From assembly GCA_019057795.1 (NCBI GenBank), contig JAHLWS010000073.1:64001-128000 (forward strand): a stretch of DNA of 64,000 nt, given 5' to 3'. The notes under the pieces are model-generated. The model was not told the origin of the DNA. It saw only the letters and a list, made by a program, of their open reading frames with translations, and searched no databases. The position numbers and the translations under genes are program-made. The DNA comes from Promethearchaeota archaeon. Its GTDB lineage: Archaea; Asgardarchaeota; Lokiarchaeia; Sigyniarchaeales; SOKP01. Shown here one piece after another: positions 57,613-64,000 of this stretch; within the stretch, counting starts at the first letter, position 1; every line of letters starts with the position of its first letter.

Positions 57613-58878
57613 ATGAGTTATACAATAGCAGAAAAAATACTAAAAGAACATTCAAATCTTAAAGAGATATCGCCTGGACAATTTATCAATTCTGAAATTG
57701 ATTTGATAATGGTTCACGAACAATTAGGTGGAAGAGTTCATATAGAATACGAGAAACTCGGAATTGATTATGTATGGGATCCAGATAAGATTTTTTTCAT
57801 ATTAGATCACTGGGTACCTCCTCCCACGATATCAGCAGCCCAAATGCACCAAGACGCAAGAAAATTTGCTGAGAAATATAAATTCACTAATAACTATGGT
57901 TATCAATTAGACAAAGGCATATGTCATCAAGTTTTACCCGAAATGGGTTTTGCAAGGCCAGGAATGTTAATTGTGGGCTCTGATAGTCATACGACAACAT
58001 ACGGGGCTTTTAATTGCTTGTCTACCGGTATAGGTGCTACAGATGTTTCTGTCGTGTTTGCTACGGGTAAGATGTGGTTTAAAGTTCCCGAATCGTTTAA
58101 AATTAATTTATCTGGCACTCTAGATAAAGGTGTAATGTCAAAAGATTTTATCTTAACATTGATAGGAGATATTTCCACTAAAGGAGCTATTTATAAATCA
58201 TTAGAATTTCATGGAAATGGCGCTCAACGCTTATCTATTGACTCTAGGATGACAGTTGCAAATATGGTTGTGGAAGCGGGCGCAAAATTTGGATTATTTT
58301 TACCCGATAAAAAACTAGAAGATTGGATAGAAAAGAGAACGGAAAAACAATATAATAAAGTTTTGCCAGACGAAGATGCGGAATATGAGAAAGAATTTCA
58401 CTACAACTTATCCGAAATTACTCCTGTTGTAGCTAAACCTTCAAACCCCGGAAATATAGCTAAAATAGAAGATGTAGAGGGATATGAAATAGACCAAGCG
58501 TTTTTAGGTAGTTGTACTAATGGTAGAATGGAAGATCTTCGAATTGCCGCTAAAATACTAAACAGTAAAAAAATCAATTCCAATACCAGATTGATCGTAA
58601 CCCCCGCTTCAAAAGAAATATACTTGCAAGCTTTAAGAGAGGGTTTAATTGAAGTCTTTTTAAGTGCTGGTGCTATAGTTACTAATTCTACGTGTGGTGC
58701 TTGTATTGGGGGGCATCTTGGAGTATTGGGACCTGAAGATGTTTGCATCAGTAGCACAAATCGAAATTTTATCGGTAGGATGGGGGATCCTACTTCAGAA
58801 GTTTTCTTAGCATCACCAGCTACGGTTGCCGCATCAGCAATAAGAGGAAAAATAACTGATCCTCGGGAGGTGCTATAA
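57613..58878 (+). CDS. leuC: 3-isopropylmalate dehydratase / homoaconitase large subunit
   Basis: DHWVP, GICHQV, GSDSHTTT.GA, GSCTNGR, CGACIG, STNRNF.GRMG. Confidence 0.9.
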   Translation: MSYTIAEKILKEHSNLKEISPGQFINSEIDLIMVHEQLGGRVHIEYEKLGIDYVWDPDKIFFILDHWVPPPTISAAQMHQDARKFAEKYKFTNNYGYQLDKGICHQVLPEMGFARPGMLIVGSDSHTTTYGAFNCLSTGIGATDVSVVFATGKMWFKVPESFKINLSGTLDKGVMSKDFILTLIGDISTKGAIYKSLEFHGNGAQRLSIDSRMTVANMVVEAGAKFGLFLPDKKLEDWIEKRTEKQYNKVLPDEDAEYEKEFHYNLSEITPVVAKPSNPGNIAKIEDVEGYEIDQAFLGSCTNGRMEDLRIAAKILNSKKINSNTRLIVTPASKEIYLQALREGLIEVFLSAGAIVTNSTCGACIGGHLGVLGPEDVCISSTNRNFIGRMGDPTSEVFLASPATVAASAIRGKITDPREVL

Positions 58879-58880
58879 TA

Positions 58881-59381
58881 ATGGAAAATATTGAAGGAGA
58901 GATTTATATTTTAGGGGATGACATTAATACTGATGATATCGTACCTAGCTATACTTTAACATTGAGAGATCCAAATGAAATGGCCAAACATGTTTTAGAA
59001 TTTATAGAACCAAATTTTGCTCAAAAGGCAGTTAAGAGATTAATAATTGTAGGAGGATATAATTTTGGGACTGGAAGTTCCCGAGAAGAGGCAGTAAATG
59101 TATTTAAAATTCTCGGGATTAAAGCCATTATTGCTAAATCATTTTCAAGGATTTACTTTCGAAATCTTATTAATAATGGAGTTGCTGGAATCAAATGTGA
59201 TTGGGACGAAGCAACATTTTCCGATGGAGATCAAGTACAAATCTCGATTGAAAATGGGATAATATTCAATAAATCAAAAAATCTTAATATAACATATAAA
59301 CAATTCCCTCAATTTTTAAAAGAAATATTGGAATCTGGAGGAATATTAAATCAGCTAAAAGAAAAATTAAAATCACATTAA
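58881..59381 (+). CDS. leuD: 3-isopropylmalate dehydratase / homoaconitase small subunit
   Basis: DDINTD.I.P, NFGTGSSRE, SFSRIYFRN.INNG, SGGI. Confidence 0.9.
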   Translation: MENIEGEIYILGDDINTDDIVPSYTLTLRDPNEMAKHVLEFIEPNFAQKAVKRLIIVGGYNFGTGSSREEAVNVFKILGIKAIIAKSFSRIYFRNLINNGVAGIKCDWDEATFSDGDQVQISIENGIIFNKSKNLNITYKQFPQFLKEILESGGILNQLKEKLKSH

Positions 59382-59429
59382 TAAAGCAACTTCAACTTAG
59401 ATTTTTCTTATACCTTTATCCAAATAAGT

Positions 59430-59693
59430 TTACCCTTTTTCATATATTACTCCTGTACCGCCTGATGGATAATGAAATTTAATGGCATCAGCTTCACAAA
59501 CTTGATAACACGCAGCACATTCTAAACATTTCTCTTTATAATCTTCTGAAATAGAAATTACATTGTCGATCTTACGCCATAAATTAGCTACACAAACCAG
59601 AATGCATTGCCCGCATCTATTACATTTATTTTGATCAATGAATATAAAATCCCCTGTACCAGGTATGTGTTTTGTTAAACCAGTGGTTTTCAA
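59430..59693 (-). CDS. FixX-like ferredoxin
   Basis: CNRCGQC..VC, CLECAACYQVC, YPSGG.GV.Y..G; overlaps the upstream FixC-like gene by 4 nt. Confidence 0.85.
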   Translation of the reverse strand: MKTTGLTKHIPGTGDFIFIDQNKCNRCGQCILVCVANLWRKIDNVISISEDYKEKCLECAACYQVCEADAIKFHYPSGGTGVIYEKG

Positions 59694-61096
59694 GTATCAT
59701 CCCTCCTTGGTTTTTTTTTCTTAGGAATTAAATCCATTACCTTAGGAATTACAGACATTAATTTCTGAGGATCCATCATTTCATCAAGATCTTCCTCGAA
59801 TATTTTAGCTACAAGTGGAAGGACGTATTTCATTATGAAGGGTAGAGCTTTAGGCATGTATGATTTAATTTGTGATGCTATCTGTCGAACTCGTTTTGCA
59901 TGTGGTTGAGACCAATCATATATTCCTCCCATTACCTCCATAAACATTGGAACAAACCAAGACATCGTTTCTTGTGGACTGAAAGGGAGTGCTTTCCAAA
60001 GATTATATAATTCTTCTCCAGCTTCGAATTCCTCACCAATAGATGTATTTTGCCATACTTTGTCATATTTTGAGAGAAAGTTTTTTGAAAAATCTTCAGA
60101 GGTGATTGCTTCTGCTGCTACTTCTGCTGCTACTTTCCCTGTTACCATGGCAGGATATATTCCTTCAGCTTCAAGTGGACAAGGAAATCCTCCTGCATCA
60201 CCTATTAAGATAATTCCATCAGTGTGCGTGTTATATGGATATTTTAACCACGGAAGGAGGTGAGATTGAAGTTCTCTTGGTTTGGCATTCAATATTCTTA
60301 ATAATCTTTGATAATATTTGAGGTTTATTACGCGATTTAGATAATATAGTGGATTTTTATCCCATTTATTTAACCAATTGCCAAGACCTTGATGAAAGCC
60401 ATCATGAAAGAACACTTGATAAGAAGCTGGAAAAATTGCAGACCACCATACTGCCAGAGTTTCATCTCCCATTATATCATCAATTTTTTCAGGACTTGCT
60501 TGAAAATCATATTGAGGTACTACTGTAATTTGATCTTGTGCCCATTTAGTCCTTAATCCACTTTGTTTTGCAACCATCGAAACTGCTCCATCAGCTCCAA
60601 TAACGATAGGTGCTTCATATTTATTATTATGCTCATCCATTACACCACAAACTATACCATCCTTTTTCAAGAGATTAGTAATTAAAGTTGACGTTTTTAA
60701 TTCAGCGCCAGCATCTATAGCAAACTCTGCAACCCAAGGATCAAACTCACTTCGGTAACAATTCATCGTAATCCAACTTTTTGCTGGTTCATATGATACT
60801 GACTCGGTGGGACGAGCCATTACATAACCAGCAACAATACCCTCCTGATTGATGAAATAATTTCGAGCAGCAGAACCTGCTCTCATAGAAGGACATTTTT
60901 CAGGTGTTAGTTCCTTCATCATACTTGGAAAATCCTTCCACATCCGAGGACCTAAACCACATCCTGATGAATTTTTTTCACCTGGTTTTCGCCCACGTTC
61001 AAAAAAAATTGTTTTTAATCCCAAATCTGCTGCTGTTTTTGCTGACATTGAACCTCCAGGACCAGCACCAACAATTATTATATCATAAGTGTTCAT
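59690..61096 (-). CDS. FixC / geranylgeranyl reductase family FAD oxidoreductase
   Basis: YDIIIVGAGPGG, ERGRKPGEKN, R.EFD.W, GADG, IGDAGG, EGI..AM.TG. Confidence 0.88.
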   Translation of the reverse strand: MNTYDIIIVGAGPGGSMSAKTAADLGLKTIFFERGRKPGEKNSSGCGLGPRMWKDFPSMMKELTPEKCPSMRAGSAARNYFINQEGIVAGYVMARPTESVSYEPAKSWITMNCYRSEFDPWVAEFAIDAGAELKTSTLITNLLKKDGIVCGVMDEHNNKYEAPIVIGADGAVSMVAKQSGLRTKWAQDQITVVPQYDFQASPEKIDDIMGDETLAVWWSAIFPASYQVFFHDGFHQGLGNWLNKWDKNPLYYLNRVINLKYYQRLLRILNAKPRELQSHLLPWLKYPYNTHTDGIILIGDAGGFPCPLEAEGIYPAMVTGKVAAEVAAEAITSEDFSKNFLSKYDKVWQNTSIGEEFEAGEELYNLWKALPFSPQETMSWFVPMFMEVMGGIYDWSQPHAKRVRQIASQIKSYMPKALPFIMKYVLPLVAKIFEEDLDEMMDPQKLMSVIPKVMDLIPKKKKPRRDDT

Positions 61097-61330
61097 GAGT
61101 TCACCCGAATTAATTAAATTTCATTTTCAAAAAGAAATATTATAATATATCTTTATGTTAATCACTATTTAAAATTCATTTTATTGGAACAATCAAAAAC
61201 AATTTTTTAAATCAAAAAATGGAATCGAAAAATTAATCCGCAATTGATAAAAATCCGGAATAATTTCAGAGAAGTGATCTGAAACACGGAGGTATTATTA
61301 ACCAGCTAAAAAAAGACATATTTTTGTATT

Positions 61331-61864
61331 TTACATTAAATCCTCAATTTCTCTTTGGATTTTTTCAATCCGCTCCTTAGCTTTAGTGAGGATCTGAGTT
61401 TTACCATATTTGTTGAACCACTTTTCAAATCTCTGTTCGATTGAAACTTCTTTAGTTCCAGCTAAATGTTTATCCGCAAGACAGATAATTTTTTCTTCAA
61501 GGGTTTGTGGTAAAAGGTCTCTCTCAGGTAACCCAACTTGCTTAGCATCTTCTTTATCTAATCCACCTAAAATATGAGTTTCACAAATTTTGGCAAGTCG
61601 CTCTGATAAACCTCTTTCTCTAATTATTTTAGCCCCAATTAAGGCGTGATTAAATCCATGAGTCTTACACCTACCAATATCGTGTAATAGGCTTCCAATT
61701 TCAATTAAATCCATATCTATCTCTCTCAACTTTATTTTTTCTGCTAATTCTAAGGCCTTCTCAGCAACTTTTAGAGAGTGACGCCGTACATTATAAGGAA
61801 CTTTTAACTTTTTCAATAAGTCAAAAGCAAAATCGCTATTTGGTAGAGTTTCTTCGCTTGCCAT
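61331..61864 (-). CDS. HDIG-domain metal-dependent phosphohydrolase
   Basis: HSLKVA, LLHDIGR, H...GA, ETHI.GG, LEEKIICLADK. Confidence 0.9.
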   Translation of the reverse strand: MASEETLPNSDFAFDLLKKLKVPYNVRRHSLKVAEKALELAEKIKLREIDMDLIEIGSLLHDIGRCKTHGFNHALIGAKIIRERGLSERLAKICETHILGGLDKEDAKQVGLPERDLLPQTLEEKIICLADKHLAGTKEVSIEQRFEKWFNKYGKTQILTKAKERIEKIQREIEDLM

Positions 61865-61971
61865 TACACTTTAATAATTAATTATTAACTATAAGGTTTA
61901 GTCTAATATTAAGAAATAATTCAATTATAGTAGGAAACAAACTCTATCCAATACTTTTTTTGTTTTATGAA

Positions 61972-62466
61972 TTAATAAACTTCTTCATACGGGCCACTAA
62001 TTACCCCTCCAATTAAGCCTCCTATAATAGCCCCTATAAGTGCAGTAATTATTCCTCCAATTGTAACAGATAGTTGAGTTCCTTGAAATAAAGCCATTAA
62101 ATCTTCACCAGATATGACGCTTAACAACATCCAGATTAAAAAATCGATTACGATAACCAGCAAACTTGCGAGAAGACCTCTTTTCAAACCTTTTGAAATA
62201 GTACCACTCAAATAGCCAATAAAAATACTCGCTAGAAGCTGTGGAGCGAAAATGTCGATTATCGTGGACGATCCTGTAAATATTGAAAAGAGATCAAATT
62301 TAAAATTAGCTCCAATTAAAATAATTATAACTTTAAAAACGTCAATTTGTGAATAAAGTTGTAGTTGGATTATTATCTCTTCCATATTAAAAAAGAATGC
62401 AGTAAAAAAACTAAAAACAATTCCAACAACAATTCCAAGCAATAATCTATACGAAACCATTTTCAA
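61972..62466 (-). CDS. Hypothetical multi-pass membrane protein
   Basis: Four to five hydrophobic segments; Gly-rich last helix. Confidence 0.7.
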   Translation of the reverse strand: MKMVSYRLLLGIVVGIVFSFFTAFFFNMEEIIIQLQLYSQIDVFKVIIILIGANFKFDLFSIFTGSSTIIDIFAPQLLASIFIGYLSGTISKGLKRGLLASLLVIVIDFLIWMLLSVISGEDLMALFQGTQLSVTIGGIITALIGAIIGGLIGGVISGPYEEVY

Positions 62467-62637
62467 TCAAATATACTATTTGAGTTTAATAATAAATCTA
62501 ATTATTTTGATATATTAAATCTTTAGTTCTAAGAGAATTAGAAGATTTCTTTTAATAAAATATTAAAATTATGTTATTTTATTTAGTTTATCTAAGATTG
62601 TAATTTAATATACTAATTCTATTATAGGGTATATACA

Positions 62638-63450
62638 TTGGCTAAAAAAAAGAAAAAAACCGAAAAATCTAAGAAAACTGAGAAGGAAGAGAAGGAAGAA
62701 GAAGAAGATATCGAAGAAGATTTTGAAGAAGATTTTGATGAAGAATTAGATATCGAAAAGGAACTTAATTTGCTCGATACTGACGATATAGACGCTGAAG
62801 TTGAGCAAGCTGAAAAAATTATTGACAAGGATGAGGAAAAAAAGCAATTATATCTAAGTTGTGGAATCCACATTGGAACAAAATTATTGTCTGGAGATGC
62901 GAGACAATTTGTGTACAGACAAACTAATTACGGTTTGTACGTTATTGATTTGACTAAAACTGACGAACGCCTAAATGTTGCCGCAAAATTCCTGAGCAAA
63001 TACGTTGAGGGTGGAAGCGATAAGGTGATCGTATCCTCTGTCAGAAGATACGGAAAAGAACCCGTAAAGCAATTTTGCAAAGTGTTAGGATGTAGGGCAA
63101 TCACCGAGCGTTTTATTCCTGGCTCTTTAACGAATCCTATCATTGAGGATTATATTAAAGATGCGTCGGTGGTAGTTATCGTTGATCCTCATGCTGATAA
63201 AGTAATTTTAAGAGAAGCTCAATTAGCTCGAATTCCCGTCGTAGCGTTGTTCGATACTGACGATTTACTTGACGGAATCGACCTTGCAATACCCGCAAAT
63301 AATAGAGGGAAGAAAGCGTTAGGCTTAGCTTTTTGGTTGTTAGCACGACAGATATTGCTGGAATTAGGGAAGATTTCAAGCGAAGACGATTTTCCCTACA
63401 CTTTAGAAGAATTCACTTCCAAAATCGTTCCTATGTATCGTCAACAGTAA
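62638..63450 (+). CDS. rps2: 30S ribosomal protein uS2 with long acidic N-terminal extension
   Basis: YLSCGIHIGT, GLYVIDL.KTDERL, RFIPGSLTNP, DLAIPANNRG; TTG start. Confidence 0.96.
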   Translation: MAKKKKKTEKSKKTEKEEKEEEEDIEEDFEEDFDEELDIEKELNLLDTDDIDAEVEQAEKIIDKDEEKKQLYLSCGIHIGTKLLSGDARQFVYRQTNYGLYVIDLTKTDERLNVAAKFLSKYVEGGSDKVIVSSVRRYGKEPVKQFCKVLGCRAITERFIPGSLTNPIIEDYIKDASVVVIVDPHADKVILREAQLARIPVVALFDTDDLLDGIDLAIPANNRGKKALGLAFWLLARQILLELGKISSEDDFPYTLEEFTSKIVPMYRQQ

Positions 63451-63622
63451 TTATTCTCTTTTTTTTCTTCTTTACTTGTCTAATAATTTTTTTCGTCGTT
63501 TTTCTTATTTATTTAAAACAATTCTCTTAAATTGTTTTTATTCTATGAATAACAACTTTTTAATCAATCTAAGATTTTCATTAATTAAAGTAGTATTTTA
63601 TTATTATATTGAGAGACGAAAA

Positions 63623-64000
63623 ATGAAAAAAATTATAGCTTTTGCCGGAAAAGGAGGAGTTGGAAAGACCACGAGTTTAGTTCTTTTTTTAAAATATGTA
63701 CTTGAGAATAAAAAAGCGCAAGATATTCTCGTTATTGATTCAGACCCCGATGCGAATGTTGCTGATGTCATTGGTGAAGAAGTTAAATTCTGTGATACAA
63801 TTGGAGGAAAAATGAAAATATTAAAAGATAAAATCCAAAGTATGAAACTTTCACCTAATACTCCAAAAAATCAACTAATTGAGTCGGATGTCTATACTTG
63901 TTTGATAGAAATGGACGATTTTGACCTATTGGAAATGGGTCGCCAAGAGGGAGAAGGGTGCTACTGTTTTATTAACGATGTACTAAAAAGGGTAATCGAT
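63623..64000 (+). CDS. cooC: CooC-like nickel-insertion ATPase (CO dehydrogenase maturation factor), runs off the window
   Basis: Not in ORF track. IAFAGKGGVGKTT, VIDSDPDAN, DLLEMGRQEGEGCYC. Confidence 0.85.
   Translation, partial: MKKIIAFAGKGGVGKTTSLVLFLKYVLENKKAQDILVIDSDPDANVADVIGEEVKFCDTIGGKMKILKDKIQSMKLSPNTPKNQLIESDVYTCLIEMDDFDLLEMGRQEGEGCYCFINDVLKRVID

Noticed and set aside
61254-61290. Hairpin TTTCAGA/TCTGAAA as a C/D-box RNA or BHB
   Set aside because: No proper box C and no paired 3-nt bulges; probably a simple terminator or operator.
1-64000. CRISPR arrays, IS/transposases, integrases, rRNA genes
   Set aside because: No regularly spaced repeats, transposase or integrase motifs, or long GC-rich rRNA-like segments were seen.

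Overview
AT-rich archaeal genomic window, most likely from an Asgard archaeon (Lokiarchaeia-like). This is inferred from archaeal ribosomal proteins plus Vps28-, OSTC-, roadblock/longin-, Yip1- and EMC3-like genes, and a SelB/SepSecS/tRNA-Sec set. Contents: the S19-L15 part of the ribosomal protein superoperon, L34e-cmk-L14e-tRNA-Ser, secY-DUF106, L11-L1-P0-P1, S2, selenocysteine machinery, shikimate/aromatic genes, leuCD-like genes, ECF S-components and many hypothetical proteins. The main result is short (19-48 nt) bulge-helix-bulge (BHB) introns. They occur in all three tRNA genes (tRNA-Sec has 2, tRNA-Ile(UAU) has 3, tRNA-Ser has 1) and also in protein-coding genes. rpl11 (uL11) is split by two BHB introns (30 and 28 nt) around a 29-nt micro-exon, and a small DPM2-like membrane protein gene carries a 31-nt BHB intron. 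In each case, cutting after the second bulge nucleotide restores a conserved reading frame. This points to mRNA splicing by the tRNA endonuclease in an Asgard lineage. All folds and family calls were made by eye; no search was run.
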